Below are positions 36,088-46,426 of a DNA stretch of 64,000 nucleotides, in pieces. A model generated the notes under the pieces. It searched no databases. It saw only the letters and a program-made list of their open reading frames with translations, and was not told the DNA's origin. The stretch's first letter is position 1, and every line of letters begins with the position of its first letter. The stretch is taken from the NCBI GenBank assembly GCA_934183165.1, contig CAKPRZ010000004.1, positions 5,998 to 69,997 of the forward strand. Direction: 5' to 3'. Source of the stretch: an uncultured Bacilli bacterium. Lineage in GTDB: Bacteria > Bacillota_I > Bacilli_A > RF39 > UBA660. The position numbers and the translations under genes were made by a program.

Positions 36088-37542
36088 ATGGAAAACGAAA
36101 GTTTAAAAGAAGAGTTAAGTAATGAAGTTTCTGAAAATACGCCAACTGTTGTAAAAACTGATGTTGATGCAAAAGATGGTCAAAATAAGTGTCCAAAATG
36201 TGGCGCTACTGATATTTCATTAAATGTTAAGAATGGTAAATTAAGATGTAATTTTTGTAGACATGAGTTTGAACCAGAGTCTTTTGATTCAATGCAAAAA
36301 GATATAAGCCAATTAGAAGGAGAAGTAATTGGATCTGGTGCAACAAACATAATCGCAGATGTAAGCGATATGGTTACGTTTAAATGTAGTAGTTGTGGAG
36401 CTGAAGTTGTAGTCGATACGGCTTCATCTGCTCAAGCTAGATGTCATTGGTGCAGAAATATTTTATCAGTTAACCAACAGATTCCTAATGGAGCTATTCC
36501 TGATACTGTTTTACCATTTAAAGTTACAAAACAGGATGCTAAAACAGAAATAGAAAAATTTGTTGGAAAGCGAAAATTTTATGCACATCCTCAATTTAGA
36601 AAAGAATTTACAACAGAAAACATAATGGGTGTTTATTTACCTTATATGATTGTAGACGCTAATACTCATGCAAATTTATCTGGTCAAGGTGAACATCAAA
36701 CAAGAAGTTATGTTGTTAAAAATGGAGAACATTCTGAAACATATTATGATGCTGATTTATATAATGTTGAAAGAGATTTTGATTTAACTGTTGAAGGTTT
36801 AACGGTAGAGTCAAGTAAAGACAAACTTGATACCAATTCTAAAGATAGAACAACTAATATAATAAATGCAATTATGCCATTTGATACTGAAAACTGTGTA
36901 AAATGGAATGCTAATTATATAAAAGGATATACATCTGAAAAAAGGGATACTAATGTTGAAGATCTTAAGGATTTAGTTAAAGAACAAACTAAGGACGTAG
37001 TGAGATTTGCTGCTAATAAAACATTAGAACAATATGATCGTGGAGTTAGATGGGATAGTCAAAATGTAACAATAAAAGGACAGCAATGGAAGTCAGCATA
37101 TTTACCAATATGGTTATATAGTTATCAACAGGTTAATGGGGATAAAAAATTATTACACTATGTAGCAGTTAATGCTAGAACAAAAGAAACTATGGGTAGT
37201 GTTCCAATACATATGCCTAAACTTTTGTTTATATCATTTCTAGTAGAAATTTTAGGAGTTATTGCTATGATATTCACATATAGTGATGATAGCAATTGGC
37301 CATGGTTATTTTTAGCAAGTGGTTTTGTATATTTCTTCATAATATATAGTAAATATAGAAATAGTGGAGCTAGACATAATCACGAAACAGAGACTAAAAC
37401 TAACATGTCCAACCTTAAAGAAAATGATAATTTTGTAAGGCACGAAACAGGTCTTAGAAATCCTATGATGGATGGTTCTAATAATAGAAGCGTTAATGGA
37501 ACTACTAGTGCAATGAATGTTTTGAAATCATTTAAAAAATGA
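36088..37542 (+). CDS. Tandem zinc-ribbon protein with C-terminal membrane segment (YdjG-like partner of the SPFH protein)
   Basis: CPKCG...CNFC and CSSCG...CHWC zinc ribbons. Two TM helices near the C-terminus. 4-nt gap to the upstream gene. Confidence 0.65.
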   Translation: MENESLKEELSNEVSENTPTVVKTDVDAKDGQNKCPKCGATDISLNVKNGKLRCNFCRHEFEPESFDSMQKDISQLEGEVIGSGATNIIADVSDMVTFKCSSCGAEVVVDTASSAQARCHWCRNILSVNQQIPNGAIPDTVLPFKVTKQDAKTEIEKFVGKRKFYAHPQFRKEFTTENIMGVYLPYMIVDANTHANLSGQGEHQTRSYVVKNGEHSETYYDADLYNVERDFDLTVEGLTVESSKDKLDTNSKDRTTNIINAIMPFDTENCVKWNANYIKGYTSEKRDTNVEDLKDLVKEQTKDVVRFAANKTLEQYDRGVRWDSQNVTIKGQQWKSAYLPIWLYSYQQVNGDKKLLHYVAVNARTKETMGSVPIHMPKLLFISFLVEILGVIAMIFTYSDDSNWPWLFLASGFVYFFIIYSKYRNSGARHNHETETKTNMSNLKENDNFVRHETGLRNPMMDGSNNRSVNGTTSAMNVLKSFKK

Positions 37543-37548
37543 AACTAG

Positions 37549-37571
37549 ACAGGCTGATGCCTGTTTTTTTA
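37549..37571 (+). terminator. Rho-independent terminator
   Basis: acaggc-tgat-gcctgt plus ttttttt. Confidence 0.65.
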
Positions 37572-37666
37572 TAAAAAAATAAAAGAAATTTTTATAAAAA
37601 GATATATTTATTTATTATTTATGGTATACTTTAACAGTAATAATAAATGAGTTATATAAATGAGGG

Positions 37667-38200
37667 ATGTTAATGAATAATGCAGATTTTAATGAATTTG
37701 AAATGATTATAAATGATATTATTACTAATAAACAAGTCTTAAAGATGAAAAATTATCGTCAACATTGCGATACCAATACATATGATCATTGTTATAATGC
37801 AGCTAAGTACTGTTATAAAATTTGTAAAAAACTTAATTTAGATTATAAATCGGCTACTAGGGCAGCTATGTTACATGACTTTTTTTTATACGATTGGAGA
37901 ACTAGTAGAAAGACTAGAAAATATAAATCTTTTCATGCCTTTGTTCATGGAAAAGTTGCATATGAAAATGCATCTGAATTATTTTTGCTTAATGAAAAAG
38001 AAAAAGATATTATAATTAAGCATATGTGGCCAGTTTCTTTTGAGATTCCTAGATCACGTGAAGCATTTATACTAACATTTGTTGATAAATATTGTGCTAT
38101 TAGTGAAGTTTCTAGTTATATTTTTAGAAATTTGTCAACTAGAAGAGCTTGGAATTATGCTTATGTACTTATATATTCATTTATTTGTAAACTTAGATAA
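37667..38200 (+). CDS. HD domain phosphohydrolase
   Basis: YDHCYNAAKY...AAMLHDFFLYDW H..H...D arrangement. Confidence 0.6.
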   Translation: MLMNNADFNEFEMIINDIITNKQVLKMKNYRQHCDTNTYDHCYNAAKYCYKICKKLNLDYKSATRAAMLHDFFLYDWRTSRKTRKYKSFHAFVHGKVAYENASELFLLNEKEKDIIIKHMWPVSFEIPRSREAFILTFVDKYCAISEVSSYIFRNLSTRRAWNYAYVLIYSFICKLR

Positions 38201-38281
38201 TTATTTATCTTTTTTTATTGCGTTGACAAAGTAAATATAATGAGTATAATTATTTTGTAAGGCAACTTACAAAGTGAATGA

Positions 38282-38731
38282 GTGGTGATAATTTTGAATA
38301 AGGCTGATATATTAAAAGAGTTAAAAAATCTTGATATATTAATATTGAAAAAAATTCCATTTCATAAAGATGTTTTAAATTCTTCACAAGTTCCAACAAT
38401 CAGTCAAATGCGTATAATTGAGTATATATTAGAACATAAGAATGAAAATGTATATCAAAAAGATTTAGAAGAAGTTCTGGGCTCAACTAGAGCTACAGTA
38501 TCAAGTATTTTACATACTATGGAAAAAAATAATTTAATATTGAGAGAAACTAATTCTTGTGATACGAGAACCAAAAAGGTAGTATTAACATCAAATACTC
38601 TGGAGGCTTTTCAAAGCCGTAAGAGGGATTTTGATTTATTAAGTAGTAAAATGACAGAAGGAATTAGTGATGAAGAATTAGAAATATTTTTAAAAATTGC
38701 AGAAAAAATGAAAAATAATTTAGTAAAATAA
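38282..38731 (+). CDS. MarR family transcriptional regulator
   Basis: Winged-helix region SQMRIIEYILEH...YQKDLEEVLGSTRATVSSILHTMEKNNLILRE...DTRTKKVVLT. Confidence 0.8.
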   Translation: MVIILNKADILKELKNLDILILKKIPFHKDVLNSSQVPTISQMRIIEYILEHKNENVYQKDLEEVLGSTRATVSSILHTMEKNNLILRETNSCDTRTKKVVLTSNTLEAFQSRKRDFDLLSSKMTEGISDEELEIFLKIAEKMKNNLVK

Positions 38732-38770
38732 TATGCTTAATCGTATATTTATATTTAGTAAGGAGGAAAT

Positions 38771-40534
38771 ATGTTTAAACTGTTTAAAGATTTAAAAAGA
38801 AGAGATTTCTTTTTTATAGTAATAATATTAGGCTTAATTGTAATGCAAGTTTGGCTAGATCTTAGATTGCCTGATTATATGAGTGAAATTACAAAACTAA
38901 TACAAACTGATGGAAGTAGTGTAAAAGACATTGCTTTGCAAGGTGCATATATGCTTTTGTGTGCATTCGGTAGTTTGTTATCAGCTGTAGTAGTAGGATA
39001 TTTTGCTTCTGGGATAGCAACAGATTTTTCTTTTGGTTTAAGAGAAAAAATATTTGAAAAAATCGGGAAATTTTCTACTGCGGAAATTAAAAAATTCTCA
39101 ACAAGCAGCTTAATTACAAGAACTACTAATGATGTTTCTCAAGTAGAAATGCTTTTATCAATGGGACTTCAAATGCTTATTAAGGCCCCTATTATGGTAG
39201 TATGGGCTGTTACTAAAATACTTAATAAAAGTATTGAATGGAGTATATTAACTGGTGTAGGAGTAGTAATATTAATGACAACTATAATTACATTAATGAT
39301 AATTGTTTTACCTAGATTTGAAAAAGTTCAAAAACTTATTGATAAAGTTAATGGTGTTACACGTGAGAATTTAACAGGTATTAGAGTAATTAGAGCATTT
39401 AATGCTGAAAAATTTCAAGAAAACAGATTTGGGAATGTTAATCAAAACTTAACTAGTACTCAATTATTTAATCAAAGATGTTTTGCAGTATTAAATCCAG
39501 TAATGAATTTTGTTATGCACTTTTTAACATTAGGGATTTACTTTATTGGAGCTATTTTAATCAATGATGCTGCAATGGTATCAAAAATAAATTTGTTTAG
39601 TGATATGGTAGTCTTTTCGAGTTATGGTATGCAAGTAATAATGGCATTTTTAATGCTTGCACTAACATTTATGATATTGCCTAGAGCTCAAGTATCAATA
39701 AGACGTATTAATGAAGTGCTAGATGAAGAAGAAAGTATAAAAGATGGAAATATCAAAAAAACAGATTCTGATTTAGTAGGAACAGTTGAATTTAAGAATG
39801 TATCATTTAAATACCCTGATGCAGATGAATATTTACTTAGAAATATATCATTTATTGCTAACAAAGGAGAAACAGTTGCATTTATTGGCTCTACTGGTAG
39901 TGGAAAATCAACTTTAATTAATTTAGTTCCCAGATTTTACGATGCTACTGATGGTGAGATATTAATAGATGGTATAAATGTTAAAGATTATAGCCTAGAA
40001 GCACTTCATGATAAAATTGGATACGTTCCACAGAAGGCTGTGATGTTTACAGGAAGTGTTTATGACAATGTATTGTATGGTAATAAAAACGGTAAAAAAG
40101 CAACAAAAGAGGAAGCAAGAGAAGCAATAAGAATAGCACAAGGAACTGATTTTGTTGAAAAGATGGATAAACAATATGATTCACATATAGCAAGGGGTGG
40201 AACTAATGTATCAGGAGGACAAAAACAAAGACTAGCAATAGCTCGTGCCATAGCTAGAAATCCTGAAATATATATATTTGATGACTCATTTAGTGCTTTG
40301 GATTATAAAACTGACGCTACTCTTCGTAAAGAGCTAAAAAAGCATACTAAGGATGCAACTAGTATGATAGTAGCTCAAAGAATTGGTACTATTATTCATG
40401 CGGATAAAATTATTGTACTTGATAAAGGAAAATGTGTGGGTATGGGTACTCATAAAGAATTATTAAAAAATTGTGATGTTTATAAAGAAATTGCTCTTTC
40501 ACAATTGTCAAAGGAGGAGTTGGAAAATGCCTAG
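38771..40534 (+). CDS. ABC transporter ATP-binding/permease protein (exporter half, subunit 1)
   Basis: Six-TM domain, then an NBD with Walker A GSTGSGKST, signature SGGQKQR and Walker B IYIFDDSFSALD. Confidence 0.9.
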   Translation: MFKLFKDLKRRDFFFIVIILGLIVMQVWLDLRLPDYMSEITKLIQTDGSSVKDIALQGAYMLLCAFGSLLSAVVVGYFASGIATDFSFGLREKIFEKIGKFSTAEIKKFSTSSLITRTTNDVSQVEMLLSMGLQMLIKAPIMVVWAVTKILNKSIEWSILTGVGVVILMTTIITLMIIVLPRFEKVQKLIDKVNGVTRENLTGIRVIRAFNAEKFQENRFGNVNQNLTSTQLFNQRCFAVLNPVMNFVMHFLTLGIYFIGAILINDAAMVSKINLFSDMVVFSSYGMQVIMAFLMLALTFMILPRAQVSIRRINEVLDEEESIKDGNIKKTDSDLVGTVEFKNVSFKYPDADEYLLRNISFIANKGETVAFIGSTGSGKSTLINLVPRFYDATDGEILIDGINVKDYSLEALHDKIGYVPQKAVMFTGSVYDNVLYGNKNGKKATKEEAREAIRIAQGTDFVEKMDKQYDSHIARGGTNVSGGQKQRLAIARAIARNPEIYIFDDSFSALDYKTDATLRKELKKHTKDATSMIVAQRIGTIIHADKIIVLDKGKCVGMGTHKELLKNCDVYKEIALSQLSKEELENA

Positions 40535-42482
40535 GCCTGGAAATAGATTTGAAAAATCAAAAGATTTTAAAGGAGCTATGAAAAGATTATTCACTTCATT
40601 AAAAAAATGGCATGTATTACTTGGAATTGTTTTAATTCTTTCTATGGTAAGTGCAGTATTTGCTTTAGTAGCGCCAAATAAACTTTCTGATTTAACTGAT
40701 GAGATAACAATTGGTATTCAGCCTAAAATTAGTGAAAATATAATAAAAGATATTATGGCTGATGATAAAATCCCAATGGAAGACAAAATAAAGTTTCAAC
40801 AAGAATTATCTAGTATGGATAAAGATTCAACTAATGAAGAAAAGTTAAAAGCAATTGATAATTTTCCAGATTCAATAAAAAAGGTAATTGAACCTAAAAT
40901 AAATATGACACGTGTTAAGAAAATAGCAATATTTCTAGCATGTTTATATATAGCTAGTTCAGCTTTTAATTATATTCAAGGATTTTTAATGGCAACTGTT
41001 TCAAATAATTTTGCTAAAACCTTGAGAAAAAGTATAAGTACAAAAATTAATAAATTACCACTTAAATATTTTGATTCACATGAAACGGGTGATATTTTAT
41101 CAAGAATTACTAATGATGTTGATACTATGGCTCAAAACATGAATCAGAGCCTTTCATCTTTAGTAGCTAGTATGACATTATTTATTGGCTCTATTATAAT
41201 GATGTTTGTTACTAATTGGATAATGGCAATAACTGCTATCCTAGCTAGTTTATTTGGCTTCTTATTTATGGGAACAATTCTTAGTAAGAGTCAAAAATAT
41301 TTTGTGCAAAGACAATCTAGATTAGGAGACTTAAGTGGATATGTTGAAGAAATATATAGTGGTCATAATGTTGTAACTACTTATAATGGTACTAAAAAAG
41401 CTAATGATGATTTTAGAAAATTGAATAAATCATTGGCTGAATGTAGTAGAAAAAGTCAATTTTTATCTGGACTTATGCAACCATTTATGTCCTTTATTGG
41501 CAATTTTGGATATGTTGCGGTTTGTATAGTAGGTGCTCTTTTAGTTATTAACAATACTATTTCCTTTGGTGTAATAGTAGCATTTATGATTTATGTCAGA
41601 TTATTTACTAATCCACTTATAGAATTTGCACAAGGCATGACTAGTTTGCAGTCAACAGCGGCAGCTAGTGAACGCGTATTTGAATTTTTAGATGAAGAAG
41701 AAATGGCAAGTCAAAAAAAGATAAAAGGTCACTTAGATAAGGATAAAGTAAAAGGTGAAATAGAATTTGACAAGGTTAAATTTGGATATGATGAAAATAG
41801 AATTATAATTAAAGATTTTAGTGTTAATGTAAAACCTGGTCAAAAAATTGCTATAGTAGGTCCAACTGGTGCTGGAAAAACTACAATGGTAAATTTACTT
41901 ATGAAATTTTATGAGATAAATGATGGTAATATTACAATTGATGATGTTTCAACAACGGAATTAACAAGAGAAAATATTCACGATTTGTTTGTTATGGTAC
42001 TTCAAGATACATGGCTATTTGAAGGAAGTGTTAGAGATAATTTGAAGTTTAATAATAACGATATATCAGATGAAGAACTTTGGAATGTATGTAAAAAAGT
42101 TGGAATTGATCATTTCATTAAGACTTTACCAGGAGGATTAGATTCTAAAATAGATGATGGAGATTCAATTAGTCAAGGACAAAAGCAATTACTTACAATC
42201 GCAAGAGGAATGGTTAAAAATGCACCATTTTTAATTCTTGATGAGGCAACATCTAATGTTGATACTAGAACAGAAGAATTAGTTCAAAAGGCAATGGATA
42301 ATTTAGCTAAGGGTAAAACTTCATTTATTATTGCTCATAGGTTATCTACAATTAAAAATGCAGATTTGATTTTAGTTATGGATCAAGGTAATATTATTGA
42401 ACAAGGAACTCATGATGAATTAATACAAAAAGATGGTTTCTATGCTAAATTATATAATTCACAATTCGAAAGTATTGAATAA
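40527..42482 (+). CDS. ABC transporter ATP-binding/permease protein (exporter half, subunit 2)
   Basis: Start chosen at ATG (MPRPGN...) after RBS ggagg. The listed start overlaps by 60 nt. Walker A GPTGAGKTT, signature SQGQKQL, Walker B ILDEATS. Confidence 0.9.
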   Translation: MPRPGNRFEKSKDFKGAMKRLFTSLKKWHVLLGIVLILSMVSAVFALVAPNKLSDLTDEITIGIQPKISENIIKDIMADDKIPMEDKIKFQQELSSMDKDSTNEEKLKAIDNFPDSIKKVIEPKINMTRVKKIAIFLACLYIASSAFNYIQGFLMATVSNNFAKTLRKSISTKINKLPLKYFDSHETGDILSRITNDVDTMAQNMNQSLSSLVASMTLFIGSIIMMFVTNWIMAITAILASLFGFLFMGTILSKSQKYFVQRQSRLGDLSGYVEEIYSGHNVVTTYNGTKKANDDFRKLNKSLAECSRKSQFLSGLMQPFMSFIGNFGYVAVCIVGALLVINNTISFGVIVAFMIYVRLFTNPLIEFAQGMTSLQSTAAASERVFEFLDEEEMASQKKIKGHLDKDKVKGEIEFDKVKFGYDENRIIIKDFSVNVKPGQKIAIVGPTGAGKTTMVNLLMKFYEINDGNITIDDVSTTELTRENIHDLFVMVLQDTWLFEGSVRDNLKFNNNDISDEELWNVCKKVGIDHFIKTLPGGLDSKIDDGDSISQGQKQLLTIARGMVKNAPFLILDEATSNVDTRTEELVQKAMDNLAKGKTSFIIAHRLSTIKNADLILVMDQGNIIEQGTHDELIQKDGFYAKLYNSQFESIE

Positions 42483-42508
42483 ACAGGATTTTACTCCTGT
42501 TTTTTTAA
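42483..42508 (+). terminator. Rho-independent terminator
   Basis: acagga-ttttac-tcctgt plus ttttttt. Confidence 0.7.
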
Positions 42509-42643
42509 AATTGCCTTATTTTTCTTGCTGTAATTATAATACTATGTTATTCTTGTTGTGACGTTTGCAAAAAAATTATATTTTTTATATCTACTACATA
42601 TAAAAATGTAGTTTTTTGCGTTCTAGAAAAGGAGTGTGATAAA

Positions 42644-43624
42644 ATGTCATTCATCGAAGTAGAGCACATAAGTAAAACTTTTAAAGTCGTCAAAAGAGGA
42701 AAAGGCGCCAAAGAGGCACTAAAGTCCTTCTTTAGACGAAAGTACAAAATAGTTAATGCTATTTCAGATGTATCTTTTTCTATTGAAAAAGGTGAAATCG
42801 TTGGTTATATTGGACCAAATGGTGCTGGTAAATCTACTACTATAAAAATATTAAGTGGAATACTAACACCAGACGATGGTACTTGTATAATTGATGGTAT
42901 GACACCTTGGAAAGATAGAGAAAAGTATGTAAAAAGAATTGGTGTTGTGTTTGGACAAAGAAGTCAATTATGGTGGGATATACCTAGTTCTGATACTTTT
43001 GATTTATTAAAAGATATCTATAATATTTCAGATGATGAGTTTGAAAAAAACAAAACTGAATTAATTGACGCCTTGAACTTGAAAGATATTATAGATGTTC
43101 CGGTAAGGCAGTTGAGCCTAGGACAGAGAATGCGTTGTGAAATAGCAGCATCCCTACTACATAATCCAGAAATACTGTTTTTAGATGAACCTACTATTGG
43201 ATTAGATGCTGTATCAAAACAAATATTACGTGACTTTATTAAGAAAATAAATAAAGAAAAACAAGTAACCATTATACTTACTACTCATGATATGAGTGAT
43301 ATTGAGTCACTTGCTAAGAGAATTATCTTAATAGGAAAAGGTAATGTTTTATATGATGGTTCTTTGAAAAGCTTAAAACATAAGTATGGTAATAATAAAT
43401 ATTTAACTATTGTTACTAAAGATAAATTAAGTCTTAAACATAAAGGAGTAATTTCATCCGTTAAAGATATTGAGGGGTATCATTTTGTAATAGATTCAGA
43501 TATTATTAATATTTCTGATTTTTTAAATATTATATCTAATAAGGTCAATATAGATGATGTAGAAATAGATAATGAAAATATAGATAATATTATTGTTAGA
43601 TTATATGAGGAGTACCATATATGA
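42644..43624 (+). CDS. ABC transporter ATP-binding protein (ABC-2 type)
   Basis: Walker A GPNGAGKST, signature LSLGQRMR, Walker B LFLDEPTIGLD. Confidence 0.9.
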   Translation: MSFIEVEHISKTFKVVKRGKGAKEALKSFFRRKYKIVNAISDVSFSIEKGEIVGYIGPNGAGKSTTIKILSGILTPDDGTCIIDGMTPWKDREKYVKRIGVVFGQRSQLWWDIPSSDTFDLLKDIYNISDDEFEKNKTELIDALNLKDIIDVPVRQLSLGQRMRCEIAASLLHNPEILFLDEPTIGLDAVSKQILRDFIKKINKEKQVTIILTTHDMSDIESLAKRIILIGKGNVLYDGSLKSLKHKYGNNKYLTIVTKDKLSLKHKGVISSVKDIEGYHFVIDSDIINISDFLNIISNKVNIDDVEIDNENIDNIIVRLYEEYHI

Positions 43625-44424
43625 AATTTTATTACTCTTACTTTAAACTAAAGTTTATATCAGGACTTCAGTATAGAACTGCTGCGATAGCAGGTGTTTC
43701 TACTCAAATATTTTTTGGACTTATATTTATTATGGTATATGTTGCTTTTTATTCATCTAATTCTTTAGATTTATCATTTAATCTTCAACAAGCTGTAACT
43801 TATGTGTGGTTAGGTCAATGTTTTTTCTCGTTAGTTAATATGTTTTATAAAGATAATGAAATATTTGACATGATAAAGAAAGGCGACATTGCTTATGAAT
43901 TAATAAGACCTAAAAAATTATATTTTGTTTGGTTTTCTAAAATAATAGGTCAGAGACTAGCAATGGTTTCTTTAAGATGTATGCCAGTTATAATTATTTC
44001 ATTATTGTTACCTAAACCTTATAATTTATCTTTGCCAGTAAGTGTTTTTAGCTTTATTCTTTTTTTTGTAACTTTAATTATTGGAACATTATTAATGACT
44101 TCTATTATAACACTATATCATGTAATAACACTAAGTACATTAAATGAAAAAGGAGTAACTAATATCTTTATTGCTGTAGCAGATTTATTATCAGGTTTAG
44201 TAGTACCAATTCCTTTGTTTCCTAAGTTTTTACAAATTATTTCTGATTACTTACCATTTAGATATATAAGTGATTTACCTTTTAGAATATATTCAGGAAA
44301 CATTGGTATTAGTGAAGGTTTAATAGGAATATTAGTTCAAGTAATATGGATAATTATAATTACTATTGCTGGATATATCCTTACTAATAAATCACTTAAA
44401 AAAGTAGTGGTACAAGGAGGTTAG
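43621..44424 (+). CDS. ABC-2 family transporter permease
   Basis: Polytopic membrane protein. Translationally coupled to the ATPase (4-nt overlap). Confidence 0.75.
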   Translation: MKFYYSYFKLKFISGLQYRTAAIAGVSTQIFFGLIFIMVYVAFYSSNSLDLSFNLQQAVTYVWLGQCFFSLVNMFYKDNEIFDMIKKGDIAYELIRPKKLYFVWFSKIIGQRLAMVSLRCMPVIIISLLLPKPYNLSLPVSVFSFILFFVTLIIGTLLMTSIITLYHVITLSTLNEKGVTNIFIAVADLLSGLVVPIPLFPKFLQIISDYLPFRYISDLPFRIYSGNIGISEGLIGILVQVIWIIIITIAGYILTNKSLKKVVVQGG

Positions 44425-44425
44425 G

Positions 44426-45202
44426 ATGAAGTTATATTTTAAAGCATTTAAATTACATTTTAAATCTATGTTAGAGTATAGAGGATCTTTTATTATTTCT
44501 TTCTTATCACAAATAATAGTGTTCTTCTCATATTATTTCATTATTCTTTCTTTATTTGACAAGTTCGATAATATTAAAGGCTTTACTTTATATGAGGTGT
44601 TGCTTTGCTTTTCAATAATTCAATTTGGTTATGCTTTTTGTGAATGCTTTGCGAGAGGAATAGATAAATTTGATACGATTATTATAAATGGAGATTTTGA
44701 TAGATTATTATTAAGACCTAAAAATATTATTTTGCAAGTTTTATGTAATGATGCTGATTTTGTAAAATTATCAAGATTAATCCAAGCATTAATAGTTATG
44801 GTAATAGCGCTTATAAATCTTAATATTAAGTGGAGTATTATCAAAGTTATAACTTTAATATTAATGATGTCTAGTGCGATAGCAATATTCTTTGGTATTT
44901 TTTTACTTGCTGCTGCTTACTGTTTTATTACGGTACAAGGTTTAGAAGTAAGAAACGTATTTACTGATGGTGGTAAATATATGGCACAGTATCCTATTGG
45001 AATATTTAATAAAAGCTGGGTTTTATTTTTTACTTTTATTATACCTTATGCGTTTGTAAACTATTATCCGTTATTATATTTCATTGGTAAGAGTAATAAT
45101 ACTTATTATGGAATTTTTCCTTTGCTTGTGTTTTTATATTTAATTCCATGTTTTATTATATTTAATAAAGGAATAAAAAGATATACTAGCGTTGGATCGT
45201 AA
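44426..45202 (+). CDS. ABC-2 family transporter permease (second permease)
   Basis: Polytopic membrane protein. 1-nt gap to the preceding permease. Confidence 0.75.
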   Translation: MKLYFKAFKLHFKSMLEYRGSFIISFLSQIIVFFSYYFIILSLFDKFDNIKGFTLYEVLLCFSIIQFGYAFCECFARGIDKFDTIIINGDFDRLLLRPKNIILQVLCNDADFVKLSRLIQALIVMVIALINLNIKWSIIKVITLILMMSSAIAIFFGIFLLAAAYCFITVQGLEVRNVFTDGGKYMAQYPIGIFNKSWVLFFTFIIPYAFVNYYPLLYFIGKSNNTYYGIFPLLVFLYLIPCFIIFNKGIKRYTSVGS

Positions 45203-45291
45203 TGTTGTCACATTGACAAAAAATGTAAAATATGGTATCATATGCCAACGTAGTAGTAAATATATAGAATTTTTAGGGGGAGCAGTATAGT

Positions 45292-46374
45292 ATGAACTTA
45301 GAAAATTTGAAATATTGGATTGACAAAGATGGAAATAAAGTTTATGGTAATCCAAAAAAATATAATAAACCACTTGAATATTTAATGAGTAATAATCCTG
45401 AAGATGTAATTTCAAAGAAAGGAATAAGGATAAGGAAAATAATTCATCCTGTTTTTGTTAAATTATTGCCACTTACATCGAAAAATAAATTAAAAATAGT
45501 AAAGGATAATGAATACAGTGGAAAAATACCTAAAGATAAAAAAATAATATTTGTTGCTAATCATGGCTTTAAAGATGATGTTGCTTTAACTTTGATGAGC
45601 GCTAAACATCATGCTTATCCAGTGTTTGCTAGTATACCGGATTTCTTTTATACAATTGATGGATATGCTTTGTGGGCTAATGGTGTTATCCTTATGGATA
45701 GGAAAGATAAGGAAAGTAAAAATGCGGTTTTACCTAAGATTAATTATGCATTTAGTCAGGGCTTAAAAAGAATTATAATATTTCCTGAAGGAGTTTGGAA
45801 TAAAAATCCTAATGAAATGGTGCTTGATTTGTGGAAGGGAGCAGTATTAGCGGGAAAAGCAAATGATGCTTTAATAGTCCCTATATCAAATTTAAATAAA
45901 GATATGAAAATAGATAATGATGTTTCAAAGGGTAAAAAAGGAATTTGTTATTCATCTATTGGGAAACCTATTGATGTATCAAATATGACTGTTGAAGAAG
46001 CTGTGACTAATGTTAGAGATGCATTAGCAACAGGCAAATATAATTTAACTGAAAATTACTCAACTGACTTTAGGGATAACCTTGGATATAATAGTGAAGA
46101 GTATTGGGATAACTATGTAAGTGAGTTAATATCAACTGCACATATGGTTAAAGACTGTACTATAATAAATGAAGATGGAACAATAAAAAAAGTTGATTCG
46201 AGAGCTTATGATTATGAGATAGAAAATAGTGCAGACTTTAGAAGAGAAGATAAGATTAGTGAATTTTATGTTTTTGAAACAACTAACATGTTACCATTAA
46301 ATAAAAATAATATGAAAATACTTGTAAAAACGTTACCAGTTAAAAATAAAAATAAAAATTATTTTGAAGAATAG
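45292..46374 (+). CDS. Lysophospholipid/1-acyl-glycerol-3-phosphate acyltransferase family protein
   Basis: HxxxxD motif (ANHGFKDD) and FPEG motif (IIFPEGVW) of LPLAT acyltransferases. RBS gggggag. Confidence 0.7.
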   Translation: MNLENLKYWIDKDGNKVYGNPKKYNKPLEYLMSNNPEDVISKKGIRIRKIIHPVFVKLLPLTSKNKLKIVKDNEYSGKIPKDKKIIFVANHGFKDDVALTLMSAKHHAYPVFASIPDFFYTIDGYALWANGVILMDRKDKESKNAVLPKINYAFSQGLKRIIIFPEGVWNKNPNEMVLDLWKGAVLAGKANDALIVPISNLNKDMKIDNDVSKGKKGICYSSIGKPIDVSNMTVEEAVTNVRDALATGKYNLTENYSTDFRDNLGYNSEEYWDNYVSELISTAHMVKDCTIINEDGTIKKVDSRAYDYEIENSADFRREDKISEFYVFETTNMLPLNKNNMKILVKTLPVKNKNKNYFEE

Positions 46375-46426
46375 AAAAATATTTTATCTATTCTTTTTTT
46401 ATGATAAAATTATGATAGGTGATAAT

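Noticed and set aside
40473-40526. Listed start of the second ABC exporter gene at 40473, 60-nt overlap with upstream gene
   Set aside because: The ATG at 40527 (MPRPGN...) follows RBS ggagg. An overlap of 60 nt is unlikely for this operon type.
46364-46426. Listed start of first sensor-kinase gene at 46364
   Set aside because: The paralog begins MNVGFTF...FFSKERL. The alignment and an RBS (aggtga) support the ATG at 46427 (MNELQLP...FFSKERL).
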